Below, in pieces: positions 17,843 through 27,068 of a stretch of 33,169 bases of DNA (positions within the stretch are counted from its first letter, which is position 1; every line of letters begins with the position of its first letter). A program made the position numbers and the translations under genes. The notes below the pieces were generated by a model. That model did no database searches. It had not been told where the DNA came from and was given only the letters and a program-made list of their open reading frames with translations. The DNA is from a bacterium (GTDB lineage Bacteria > Patescibacteriota > Minisyncoccia > Phycocordibacterales > UBA5272). The stretch covers positions 1 to 33,169 of the forward strand of contig JAYVAE010000001.1 in NCBI GenBank assembly GCA_043751115.1, written 5' to 3'.

Positions 17843-18027
17843 AGGAGCCCCCTGTCCAAACTTTCATGACCTGCGACAGCGCCTGGCTGTTCACAATGAT
17901 CAAGCATGGAGATCTGCAGCTCCACTTCCACCTCCGCGTCCCTTTCTCGCACTCTCGTGAGCCCGAGAAGGGATATTACAATGGCAAATGCTCCAATGAG
18001 CACTTGTCTCCACCTCTTTTTTTCCAT
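17839..18027 (-). CDS. Hypothetical small membrane-anchored protein (GC-rich insert, proximal ORF)
   Basis: 62-aa ORF with one TM helix (WRQVLIGAFAIVISLLGL), translationally coupled to the next ORF. Confidence 0.35.
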   Translation of the reverse strand: MEKKRWRQVLIGAFAIVISLLGLTRVRERDAEVEVELQISMLDHCEQPGAVAGHESLDRGLL

Positions 18028-18110
18028 TTTTTATCCTTTTTATCCTAATCGCAACACCACCCCACTATGGCGCAGTTGCCTAATTGCAATCGGGAAGTAT
18101 TTACTATACA

Positions 18111-19346
18111 ATGAATTTCGTGAAAAAGCAAGACCTCGTAGAATGTGGATTACCGGACACTCCTGGCGTTTATTTTTTCAGAGATGAAGAGGGGGCTGTT
18201 TTATATATTGGAAAAGCCACCTCCCTTTCAGATAGGGTAAAAAGCTATTTTAACCCTGACTTAGTTGTAACAAGGGGTCTTAAGCTCGTTAACATGATTA
18301 TCGCTGCTAAAACGGTGACTTTTGAAGAAACAGGGAGTGTTCTTGAAGCACTTCTTCGAGAAAGCGTGCTTATCAAAAAGCATCAACCCACCTTTAATAG
18401 TAAAGAAAAAGATGATAAAAGCTTTTACTCAGTAGTTATCACCAAGGAAGATTTCCCGAGAGTTCTTATGGTGCGTTCACGAGACTTAGAAAAAAAATTT
18501 ACAAAAAAGGAAGTGGGGAGCGTTTATGGCCCTTTTACTTCTTCGCAACAATTAAAAGAAGCGCTCAAAATAGTAAGAAAAATTTTTCCATTTCGTGACA
18601 CTTGTGTAGTGGGGGACAGTAAAGAGAAACCCTGCTTTAATGCTCAGATAGGACTCTGTCCTGGGTCTTGTTGTGGGCTAGTTCAAAGTAGAGACTATAA
18701 CAAGACAATAAAAAATATTGAAAGTTTTTTTACGGGAGAAAAAGAGACTATTAAAAAGTCTTTGATAAAAGACATGGAGATATATGCAAAAAGACAAGAA
18801 TTCGAAAAAGCAGGCCAGCTTCGAAATGCCCTCTTTGCCATAGACCATATAAAAGACACGAGTCTCATTAAGGACGATTTGATAAATGAGTATAAAGATA
18901 GACGTTTTCGCATAGAAGCTTTTGATATAGCGCACATTTCTGGAACAAGTAGAGTTGGAGTTATGACCGTTATTGAAGGCGGAGAAAAAGACAAAAGTTC
19001 GTATAGAAAGTTCTTGCTAGAGGAAGGAGTCAATGACGATTATGGAGGACTTAGCACAGTGCTTAAAAGACGCTTTAATCATACGGAGTGGAGAATGCCT
19101 GATCTCGTTGTTATCGATGGTGGAGACGTACATCGCGCTCTTGCTGAAAAGCTTGTGGCAGACCTCTCGCTTCATATTCCAGTTGTGGCTGTTGTAAAGG
19201 ACAAGTCTCATAAACCAAAGGACATACTAGGAAATAAAGTACATGTGAATAACCATAAAAAGGATATACTTTTAGCCAATGCTGAAGCGCATAGATTTGC
19301 TGTCTCTTTCCATAAGAAGAAGCGTAGTAAGGCATTCCTCAAATAG
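18111..19346 (+). CDS. uvrC: Excinuclease ABC subunit C, compact form
   Basis: GIY-YIG motif (GVYFFRDEEGAVLYIGKATSLSDRVKSYF) and UVR domain (QEFEKAGQLRNALFAIDHI). The RNase-H-like endonuclease region is present (RIEAFDIAHISGTSRVGVMTV...YRKF, PDLVVIDGGDV, AEAHRFAVSFHKKKRSK). The ATG at 18111 is preferred over the track TTG at 18084. Confidence 0.9.
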   Translation: MNFVKKQDLVECGLPDTPGVYFFRDEEGAVLYIGKATSLSDRVKSYFNPDLVVTRGLKLVNMIIAAKTVTFEETGSVLEALLRESVLIKKHQPTFNSKEKDDKSFYSVVITKEDFPRVLMVRSRDLEKKFTKKEVGSVYGPFTSSQQLKEALKIVRKIFPFRDTCVVGDSKEKPCFNAQIGLCPGSCCGLVQSRDYNKTIKNIESFFTGEKETIKKSLIKDMEIYAKRQEFEKAGQLRNALFAIDHIKDTSLIKDDLINEYKDRRFRIEAFDIAHISGTSRVGVMTVIEGGEKDKSSYRKFLLEEGVNDDYGGLSTVLKRRFNHTEWRMPDLVVIDGGDVHRALAEKLVADLSLHIPVVAVVKDKSHKPKDILGNKVHVNNHKKDILLANAEAHRFAVSFHKKKRSKAFLK

Positions 19347-19558
19347 AAGTAATACTACTGTCAATCTTCTCCCTTGACGCATATTTTCGCGTACGGCAGT
19401 GAGTCTTTTAGCTTTTTTGCTTTACACTACTAAGTACGGCAAAGCTGTCGTCAAGACTACGTTAAAATTATAAGCGTTCTCATTCGTTCCACGTCAGATC
19501 ATTACTTACTAAGTCAAACTGTAAAGAGGTAGAGCATTACCTCTCATTTCCTGTCCTT

Positions 19559-22522
19559 ATGTCATTACTTACTGTTATTAAAAAAAGAAACGGCAGTACC
19601 GTTTCCTTTGAGCTCCCTAAAATTGAAGAAGCAATCAGAAAGGCTTTTCTCGCAATCACAAGAGAAGAAAAGCCCCAAGTCGCTAAGCATATATCTCTTC
19701 TTGTTGAGAAGGAGCTTGAGCTTGAATCACTCACCAGGGAAGGTTATTTGCCAACGGTAGAACATACGCAAGATCTTGTTGAAAAGCATTTAATGTCAGC
19801 TGGATTCTTCGACGTAGCAAAAGCGTATATTATTTATCGCTATGAGCGAAATAAGGACAGAGTTGAGAAAAAAAAGGAAGACCTTGAAAAATTGGAGGAA
19901 AATGCTCTCCTTATAGTGAAAAGAAGTGGGAAGAAAGAAGCTTTTTCCCAGAGGAAAGTTGAAAAGTCACTCTCATACGTCATCTCCGGTTATGAGAAAG
20001 ATGTGAATGTGAATCAAATACTTGAGCAGCTTAAAATCGAGGTTTTTGAAGGAATGTCAACGAAGGAAATAAATAAAGCTCTCGTTATGATAGTGAGGGC
20101 AATGATAGAACAAGATGTGGCTTATTCATATGTGGCGTCTAGACTACTCATTAGAGATATCAACGAAGATACCATTGGAAAGAGTGTTGATTATAAAAAT
20201 ATCGACACTCTTTACAAGGATGTTTTCAAGAAAGGTATAGCATTTGGTCTTGAAAAGGGTATTTTTGATAAAAGAATGGCAAACTTTAACATTGAAAAAT
20301 TAACAAAAGTGCTCGTTCGTGAGCGTGATGAACTTTTCATGTTTCTCGGCACTCAAACAGTGTATGAGAGATATCTCGTGAGAGATAATGCGGGTCATGG
20401 TGGCATCATTGAAAATATACAAGGTTTCTGGATGCGTATTGCGATGGGAGTAGCTTTGTTTGAGAAAAAAGAGGTGATGAATGAGAAGGCTATAGAATTT
20501 TATGAGGCTATGTCGACGCTACGCTTTGTCCCGTCATCGCCAACTCTTTTCCACGCAGGAACAATGCATCCACAGCTTTCGTCATGTTACTTAAATACTG
20601 TCGGAGACTCACTTGAGAGTATTTTTAAGGTATATGCTGATAATGCACAGCTTTCAAAATGGGCGGGAGGTATCGGCACCAATTGGACTTCAGTCAGAGC
20701 TTCCGGCTCTCTTGTGAAAAAGAGTGGTATCAAGTCAAACGGCATTGTGCCATTTCTTAAAATCGCAAATGATGTAACGGTCGCCATTAACCGCTCTGGA
20801 AGAAGACGCGGCGCTACTTGTGCCTATCTCGAAAACTGGCATTACGATATTGATGAATTTCTTGAGCTTCGTAAAAATACTGGTGATGATAGAAGGAGAA
20901 CGCATGATATGGATACCGCGCTTTGGATTTCTGATCTCTTTATGAAGCGCGCAAATGAAGATGACTCTTGGACACTCTTTACGCCAGACGAGACAGGAGA
21001 CCTTTCTGAACTGTATGGTAAGGCGTTCGAGGAGAGATATGCATTTTATGAAGCCGAAGCTAAAGCAGGCAGAATAAAACTTTTTAAGGAAATAAAAGCG
21101 AGAGACCTTTGGAGAAAGATGATAACTATGCTTTATGAGACTGGGCATCCATGGATAACATGGAAAGATCCTTCTAATATAAGATCACCACAGGATCATG
21201 TTGGTGTGGTACATAATTCAAATCTCTGCACCGAAATTACCCTTAACAACTCACTTGAGGAAACTGCAGTTTGTAACTTAGGGTCACTCAACTATCAGCG
21301 TCTTGTGCGAAATGGAAAATTCGATGTTGATCTTGTTGCTGCGACAACACGCACGGCGATGCGTATGCTGGACAATGTTATCGATGTTAATTATTATCCG
21401 ACTGTTGAGGCAAAGACGAGTAATTTTCGTCACCGTCCCGTCGGGCTTGGACTCATGGGCTTCCACGACGCCCTCTATATGCTCGATATCAACTTTGACA
21501 CAGAAGAGGCGGTGCGTTTCGCTGACGAGTCTATGGAGCTTATTTCCTATCATGCGATTCTTTCATCTTCAATGCTCGCTAAAGAGCGCGGAACCTATGA
21601 AAGCTATAAAGGGAGTAAATGGGATAGAGGTATTTTCCCAGTAGATACACTCGCACTTCTTGAGAAAGAACGCGGTCAAAGTATCAACATAGATACGAAA
21701 GGGAAACTTGATTGGAAGCCTGTACGTCAGTCCGTGAAGCAATTCGGTATGAGAAATTCTAATTGTATGGCAATGGCACCAACGGCAACTATTTCCAATA
21801 TTGTTGGTTCAGTGCCGACCATAGAGCCTCAATATAAAAATATCTTTGTGAAAAGTAATATGAATGGAGATTTCATTATGATCAATCCATATCTTATAAC
21901 TGATCTCAAAAAGCTCGGCCTGTGGGATTTTGAAATGATTGGTAAGTTAAAATATAACGACGGATCGGTTAAAAATATACATGAGATTCCTGCACATTTG
22001 AGAGATAAATATAAGGAGGTTTTTGAAATATCTCCAGAATGGCTGATACGTTCTGCCGCGCAAAGAGCAAAGTGGGTGGATCAGTCCCAGTCGCTCAATA
22101 TTTATTTCGCCGGAACTTCCGGCAAGGAGCTTGCAAGTATTTATGAATACGCGTGGAGTCTCGGTCTTAAAACAACGTATTATCTAAGAACCCTTGGCGC
22201 TTCGCAAGTAGAAAAAAGTACTGTGAGTACTGCAGAGTTTGGAGTAACTCACAAAAGAGGGAATACTGGAGAAGGTGTGAAAGGGTTGAGTAAAGCGGAT
22301 ACCGCAAGTGTGAGCATAGAATCTTTAGTCCCGCCTGCCGCAGTTGTAGCGACAGCGAGTGCAAGTACAGAGAAAGATTTATCAAAAGAACAGCAGAAAG
22401 AAAGTATTTCACCAGAAACGAAAGCAGAAACGAGAACAGGAATGGAAAAGAAAAATCTATCACCTAAAACAACTTATAATATTACAAAAATGCCTGAAGC
22501 AACCTGCGAAGGATGCCAGTAG
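19559..22522 (+). CDS. nrdA: Class Ia ribonucleoside-diphosphate reductase alpha subunit with two N-terminal ATP-cones
   Basis: ATP-cone 1 is VIKKRNGSTVSFELPKIEEAI and ATP-cone 2 is LIVKRSGKKEAFSQRKVEKSL. The catalytic core includes ...NLCTEITL... and the TTYYLRT tail motif. A terminal Cys pair is present (CEGCQ). Confidence 0.93.
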   Translation: MSLLTVIKKRNGSTVSFELPKIEEAIRKAFLAITREEKPQVAKHISLLVEKELELESLTREGYLPTVEHTQDLVEKHLMSAGFFDVAKAYIIYRYERNKDRVEKKKEDLEKLEENALLIVKRSGKKEAFSQRKVEKSLSYVISGYEKDVNVNQILEQLKIEVFEGMSTKEINKALVMIVRAMIEQDVAYSYVASRLLIRDINEDTIGKSVDYKNIDTLYKDVFKKGIAFGLEKGIFDKRMANFNIEKLTKVLVRERDELFMFLGTQTVYERYLVRDNAGHGGIIENIQGFWMRIAMGVALFEKKEVMNEKAIEFYEAMSTLRFVPSSPTLFHAGTMHPQLSSCYLNTVGDSLESIFKVYADNAQLSKWAGGIGTNWTSVRASGSLVKKSGIKSNGIVPFLKIANDVTVAINRSGRRRGATCAYLENWHYDIDEFLELRKNTGDDRRRTHDMDTALWISDLFMKRANEDDSWTLFTPDETGDLSELYGKAFEERYAFYEAEAKAGRIKLFKEIKARDLWRKMITMLYETGHPWITWKDPSNIRSPQDHVGVVHNSNLCTEITLNNSLEETAVCNLGSLNYQRLVRNGKFDVDLVAATTRTAMRMLDNVIDVNYYPTVEAKTSNFRHRPVGLGLMGFHDALYMLDINFDTEEAVRFADESMELISYHAILSSSMLAKERGTYESYKGSKWDRGIFPVDTLALLEKERGQSINIDTKGKLDWKPVRQSVKQFGMRNSNCMAMAPTATISNIVGSVPTIEPQYKNIFVKSNMNGDFIMINPYLITDLKKLGLWDFEMIGKLKYNDGSVKNIHEIPAHLRDKYKEVFEISPEWLIRSAAQRAKWVDQSQSLNIYFAGTSGKELASIYEYAWSLGLKTTYYLRTLGASQVEKSTVSTAEFGVTHKRGNTGEGVKGLSKADTASVSIESLVPPAAVVATASASTEKDLSKEQQKESISPETKAETRTGMEKKNLSPKTTYNITKMPEATCEGCQ

Positions 22523-22574
22523 GTTGTCAGTAAACTACCAGCAAGCTTTCAGCACATTAAATAAGAAAAACAGA

Positions 22575-23633
22575 ATGATAAAAACAGAAATAAGCACACC
22601 GCTCATAGTGCGAAATGCAGCAAGAGTTGACATCAATCAACGGAAGATAATCAATGGTAGAGATGCGGACGTCATACAACTTTATCCGATGAAGCATACC
22701 TTTGCTTGGGATGCGTATAACACTGGTAACGCTAATCACTGGCTTCCAACAGAAATAAGTATGCAGCTGGACATTGAGCAGTGGAAAAGCCAAACCTTTC
22801 TTTCCTCAGATGAAAGAAAGGCGTTTGAGACGGTACTTGGATTCTTCACAACAGCAGACTCTATAGCTGCAAATAATATAGTGCTCGGTATGTATAAGCA
22901 TATTACCTCCCCGGAAGTCAGACTTTACCTTCTTCGTCAAGGTTATGAGGAAGCGGTGCATACGCAGGCATATCAATATATTGTAGAGTCTCTCGGCCTT
23001 GATGGGTCCAAGATATTTAATATGTATCGCGAGGTGGATGCGATTTACAATAAAGAAGAGTTTATACTTTCTTTTAACGAAGGAATTTTTAATTCAGAAT
23101 TCAAAACAGGAACCTTCGAAAATGATCAAAAGTTTCTTGAAAATTGGATAGTCTTCTCTGTCATTTTAGAGGGCATCTTCTTCTACTCTTCTTTTGCCGT
23201 CATGTTCGGATTTCAAAGGCTGCATAAGCTTACAGGTTCTGCAGAACAGATACAGTACATCATGCGTGATGAGTCAGCCCATCTTAATTTTGGTATTGAT
23301 GTTATAAACGCGATAAAAGAAGAGCAACCAGAGCTCTGGACAAAAGACTTTGTTGAAAGAATAAAGGCGCTTGTTAGAAAAGCCGTCACATTAGAATACA
23401 CTTTCGCGCATGAGGTTTTCCCGAAGGGTATTTTCGGTCTTAATGCGGAGGGTTTCAAGCAGTATATTGAGTATATTGCAGATAGGCGTCTCACGAGAAT
23501 TGGCATTGACTCTATGTACAATGTGCAGAACCCTTTCCCATGGATGAGTGAAGCGGTAGATCTTTCAAAGGAAAAAAACTTTTTCGAGACACGTGTTACC
23601 GAGTATAAAGTTGGCGGCACCCTCTCCTGGTAG
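22575..23633 (+). CDS. nrdB: Ribonucleotide reductase beta subunit (di-iron/tyrosyl radical type)
   Basis: E-x-x-H-x-x-x-Y in YEEAVHTQAYQYI and a second E-x-x-H in RDESAHLNFG. The ATG at 22575 (MIKTEIS...) is preferred; the track ORF start at 22359 overlaps nrdA. Confidence 0.9.
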   Translation: MIKTEISTPLIVRNAARVDINQRKIINGRDADVIQLYPMKHTFAWDAYNTGNANHWLPTEISMQLDIEQWKSQTFLSSDERKAFETVLGFFTTADSIAANNIVLGMYKHITSPEVRLYLLRQGYEEAVHTQAYQYIVESLGLDGSKIFNMYREVDAIYNKEEFILSFNEGIFNSEFKTGTFENDQKFLENWIVFSVILEGIFFYSSFAVMFGFQRLHKLTGSAEQIQYIMRDESAHLNFGIDVINAIKEEQPELWTKDFVERIKALVRKAVTLEYTFAHEVFPKGIFGLNAEGFKQYIEYIADRRLTRIGIDSMYNVQNPFPWMSEAVDLSKEKNFFETRVTEYKVGGTLSW

Positions 23634-23848
23634 TCCGCTTCCATTTTTGGCGAATTTCTTTGTAATCTTCGCTCGCTCGCACTATCACCGTACCTTTAAG
23701 TACGACTCTGTGTTCGCGAGCTTGACGCCTCGAACTTCATCCAAAAATGAAAGCTTAAAATTTTGGACAGAGATAATCCTTGACAGTTTAGCTCTCTATG
23801 ATATAGTGAATTCGAATCAACTATGGCTCCTTCATAAGGGGAGAGATA

Positions 23849-24088
23849 ATGAAAAATTTAGCACTGTATCTTTACTCGATTTGCTGGGTAGTCTGCTACA
23901 TCTTTGCAATTGCAACCATCTGTCTTCGGGTGTGGCAAACTGGAATGGCGCCTCCACACTTAAGTGACTTTGAGGTACTTGGGCTCGCCGTACTTCTCAT
24001 GACTTTCCTCTTGCCAGCTTTCTTGATTGCTCCAGGCCTAGCCTCATATGGCGCGGTGTACGCGCCATATGAGGCTGATGCGGAATGA
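23849..24088 (+). CDS. Hypothetical small membrane protein
   Basis: 79-aa ORF with two predicted TM helices, followed by two tandem hairpins. Confidence 0.45.
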   Translation: MKNLALYLYSICWVVCYIFAIATICLRVWQTGMAPPHLSDFEVLGLAVLLMTFLLPAFLIAPGLASYGAVYAPYEADAE

Positions 24089-24140
24089 TTTTTCATACAT
24101 TCCGCACCAAAGTCCCCATGAGGGGACTTTGTCATTTTTA
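24080..24140 (+). terminator. Tandem hairpins / intrinsic terminator
   Basis: GCGGAATG (24080-24087) pairs with CATTCCGC (24098-24105). Then CAAAGTCCCC, loop ATGA, GGGGACTTTG (24108-24131), followed by TCATTTTT. Confidence 0.6.
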
Positions 24141-24328
24141 AGACTAAGTAGTATAGAAAGTTTTAAATATATTGACCGAGCTTAGCACTTAATAAGTATC
24201 CTGAATTACTATCAGCCATCAGCTATGAGCTATCTGCTATTTCTAACTGCTGTCAGCTACCTTTAGTGACTAATAACGAGTCTTTCACCTTTCTCATCCC
24301 TGTACTATACTAAAACGATATCAATTCC

Positions 24329-25294
24329 ATGAGCATACGACCTAAAATTTTAGTATTGCGTGGCGGGTCCAAAAATCACGCGCTTTCCATCATGACAGGC
24401 GCACATATAGTCGGGTCACTACATCTTTACGGAGGAGAAGCGGTGGATGTGTATATAGACCAAGAAGGAGCATGGTATAAAAATGGATTACTGGTAGACC
24501 CACTTCACGTGTTCTCAAATGTCGACGCGTATATTGATACTGTAAATCAATCAATCGCTCAAAAGTATCACCATTTAGCCGAACGGCTCGGTGTCCTCCG
24601 CTTACTTCATAGCAGAGAATTCCCGTTTTCTTTAAGTAGAGAGATGCTCTTTAGGGTGCTCAGACAGCATGACATACTGACTCTTGAGACAGTAGTATTT
24701 CGAAAAGGGGAGGAAATTACTTTGGAAAAAACGAGAGATATTTTCACAAGAATATTAGCGCCGTATATTTTGCGCTCCTTACATGGAGTAGTAGCAGGAA
24801 TAATAGTACATACGCATAAAGAACTTGTAGAGAAATTACAAGAAATGGTAGTAGTAAGTGATGTAGAAGTAACACATTATCGTGATGCAAAAACAAGAAG
24901 TATTGTTGCTATGCCGAGCTACAGAGACGAAGAGCTGTATATGACTCTCCCGCTTGAGGCTCAGGTAATGAAATATGAAAAGCCAAGTAAAGATACCAGG
25001 CTACTTCCCTTGTCTTATCTTTCTTCAGACGACAAGAAAAGCATACAAGATTTTGTACGGCGTATTTATGAAGCGCTTGAACCCGAGTCACTTTTCTTAG
25101 TTGATTTTATAACCACAAAAAAGGGTCACTTGGTCACAGGTATCACATCTTCCCCAAATATCTTAAGTGGCGGGCGATTTCTTGAGTCACTTGCGACCAC
25201 GGGCACAGATATTGCGCATTATGCTCTTCATTATTATGTAAAAAAGCAGAAAAATTCTGCGTATGGCTTTGTGAAAGACAAAGACCAAAACTAA
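24329..25294 (+). CDS. D-Ala-D-Ala ligase-like (ATP-grasp fold) protein, divergent
   Basis: The N-terminus KILVLRGGSKNHALSIMTGAHIVGSL resembles the Ddl GGxSxEHxVSLxS region. The C-terminus LVDFITTKKGHLVTGITSSPNILSGG aligns by eye with Ddl RvDFf...g.l.l.EiNT.PG.t..S, but the E-x-N residues are replaced. Confidence 0.4.
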   Translation: MSIRPKILVLRGGSKNHALSIMTGAHIVGSLHLYGGEAVDVYIDQEGAWYKNGLLVDPLHVFSNVDAYIDTVNQSIAQKYHHLAERLGVLRLLHSREFPFSLSREMLFRVLRQHDILTLETVVFRKGEEITLEKTRDIFTRILAPYILRSLHGVVAGIIVHTHKELVEKLQEMVVVSDVEVTHYRDAKTRSIVAMPSYRDEELYMTLPLEAQVMKYEKPSKDTRLLPLSYLSSDDKKSIQDFVRRIYEALEPESLFLVDFITTKKGHLVTGITSSPNILSGGRFLESLATTGTDIAHYALHYYVKKQKNSAYGFVKDKDQN

Positions 25295-25316
25295 GCTTAA
25301 TGCTATACTAAAGAAT

Positions 25317-25997
25317 ATGCTCTACTTCGATAAAGTTTATAAAGAATATCAAGATGGAAAGTCCGTTATAGACGACGTTTCCTTTGCCATCAGTAAAGGC
25401 GAGCTTGTTTCCATTGTTGGACATTCAGGAGCAGGTAAAACAACTATCATCAAGTTGCTTTTAGCTGAAGAGACGCCTAGTAGAGGTGTAGTATCCTTTC
25501 ATTCAACCGATATTCACGATTTAACTGGTGATAAAATGACAAAATACAGAAGGAAAATAGGTGTTGTCTTTCAAGACTTTAGACTCATTCCCTATAAAAC
25601 AGCATATGAAAACGTCGCTTTTGCCATGGAGGTTTCTGGTAAACATGACGGAGACATTATCAGTGACGTCCCCCATGTTTTTGATTTGGTAGACATGAAA
25701 GATAAAATGCATCACTTCCCGCATCAGCTCTCAGGTGGTGAGCAACAGAGAGTAGCGATAGCCCGCGCCATCGTCAATAGGCCTGAAATTATTATTGCTG
25801 ATGAGCCGACAGGGAATCTTGATCCGGTTAACACTTACGACATAGTGCAAATCCTTAAGAAAATAAATGATCTCGGTACGACGGTCATACTTACAACACA
25901 TAATAAAGGAATAGTTGATTCGCTTGGTAAGCGCGTCATTGTTATGGAAGCAGGAAAAATTATTAAAGACACCAAGTCGGGCAAATATACAATATAA
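25317..25997 (+). CDS. ftsE: Cell division ATP-binding protein FtsE
   Basis: Walker [10 protein letters not shown], signature LSGGEQQR, Walker [13 protein letters not shown]. It is followed directly by ftsX. Confidence 0.9.
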   Translation: MLYFDKVYKEYQDGKSVIDDVSFAISKGELVSIVGHSGAGKTTIIKLLLAEETPSRGVVSFHSTDIHDLTGDKMTKYRRKIGVVFQDFRLIPYKTAYENVAFAMEVSGKHDGDIISDVPHVFDLVDMKDKMHHFPHQLSGGEQQRVAIARAIVNRPEIIIADEPTGNLDPVNTYDIVQILKKINDLGTTVILTTHNKGIVDSLGKRVIVMEAGKIIKDTKSGKYTI

Positions 25998-26001
25998 GAT
26001 T

Positions 26002-26928
26002 ATGAAAATGACACTTTTACGGAGAATACTCGCTGCGGGCTTTAGTGGCTTTTATCGTAATCGCACTGTCTCTCTTTCGTCTATACTTATACTCACCATT
26101 ACACTTTGTATTATAACGGCTTTTTATTTCTTTCGAGCAGTGTTTGATTACACTTTAGCCGAGGTAAGAACTAAAGTAGATGTTCGTATATATTTTACTG
26201 GAGACGCAAGTGAGGAACAGGTTTCTGACATACGAGCTCGTATCTTGGGTCTTCCACAAGTGAGCTCAGTAACGTATACCTCTAAAGAGCTTGCGCTGGA
26301 GCAATTCAAGGAAAGTCATAGTGGGGATCAGCTCACATTACAAGCGCTTGAGGAGCTCGGGGAAAACCCTTTTGGCGCATCACTTTCTGTGCTCGCTAAG
26401 GATCCATCAATGTATGAAGAAATCGCAAAACAGCTACAAACAGGCTCTTCTGTTTTGGGTGGCAAAGAAGAATATGTTGATAAAATAAATTATTATCAGC
26501 TCAAAGATAGTATTACTCACCTTAATTCTATTATTAGTTGGGTAAACACAGTAGGTTTTTGGATATCACTTATCTTCGTTTTTATGAGCTGTATGATTGT
26601 TTATAACACGGTGAGGCTTGCTATTTTCGTTTTTCGAGATGAAATTGCTGTTATGAAATTAGTCGGAGCATCGAACATGTATATAAGAGGGCCATTTATT
26701 GTTGAGGCAACACTTTACGCGCTCGTAGCAACCGCTATTACACTCGCCATCTTCTATGTGGCAACCATTTGGGTAACCAAAAAGACAGTAGTCTTCTTCG
26801 AAGGAATGAATTTCTTTGTTTATTATAAACAAAATTTCTTTGAGCTAGCCCTTCTGCTTCTTTGCTCTGGTGCCCTCCTTGCAGTTATCTCTTCCATTCT
26901 TGCGGTTAGGAAGTATTTGAAAGTTTAG
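26002..26928 (+). CDS. ftsX: Cell division permease-like protein FtsX
   Basis: It has an N-terminal TM helix, a periplasmic-type domain (VSSVTYTSKELALEQFKE) and three C-terminal TM helices with EIAVMKLVGASNMYIRGPF. The ATG at 26002 is preferred over the track start inside ftsE. Confidence 0.88.
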   Translation: MKMTLLRRILAAGFSGFYRNRTVSLSSILILTITLCIITAFYFFRAVFDYTLAEVRTKVDVRIYFTGDASEEQVSDIRARILGLPQVSSVTYTSKELALEQFKESHSGDQLTLQALEELGENPFGASLSVLAKDPSMYEEIAKQLQTGSSVLGGKEEYVDKINYYQLKDSITHLNSIISWVNTVGFWISLIFVFMSCMIVYNTVRLAIFVFRDEIAVMKLVGASNMYIRGPFIVEATLYALVATAITLAIFYVATIWVTKKTVVFFEGMNFFVYYKQNFFELALLLLCSGALLAVISSILAVRKYLKV

Positions 26929-27027
26929 GAGATAGTTATAAGTTATATGTATTAAGTTCTAAGTTAGGTACTAGATTAAGTACTAGCTGTCGTTAGTATT
27001 CCTATTCACAAGTTTATAAAACAAAAA

Positions 27028-27068
27028 AGTCGCCAGCCACAGCAAACTTTTTGCCGAGACTGGCGACT
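27028..27068. terminator. Long hairpin, terminator for the minus-strand small ORF (and possibly ftsX)
   Basis: AGTCGCCAG (27028-27036) pairs with CTGGCGACT (27060-27068), with an inner GCAAA/TTTGC stem. On the minus strand it is followed by TTTTTTGTTTT. Confidence 0.55.

Noticed and set aside
19380-19575. Possible NrdR box or regulatory repeat upstream of nrdA (12-nt direct repeat TCATTACTTACT at 19499 and 19562; ACACTACTAAGT-like sequence)
   Set aside because: There is no convincing 16-bp NrdR-type palindrome. A single 12-nt AT-rich repeat is within chance expectation, and the second copy lies inside the coding start.
22359-22574. Upstream 72-aa extension of the nrdB ORF
   Set aside because: It overlaps the nrdA 3' end in another frame and has lysine-rich, non-NrdB-like sequence. 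Conserved NrdB sequence starts near ATG 22575.
24200-24260. CAGCTA-rich low-complexity stretch, and a similar TAAGT-rich stretch at 26929-27000
   Set aside because: These are short, irregular motif reiterations in AT-rich intergenic DNA, with no clear periodicity or pairing. They are insufficient to call a feature.
25915-26001. Upstream extension of the ftsX ORF inside ftsE
   Set aside because: It lies entirely within the ftsE coding sequence. ATG 26002, 4 nt after the ftsE stop, gives the normal FtsX N-terminus.
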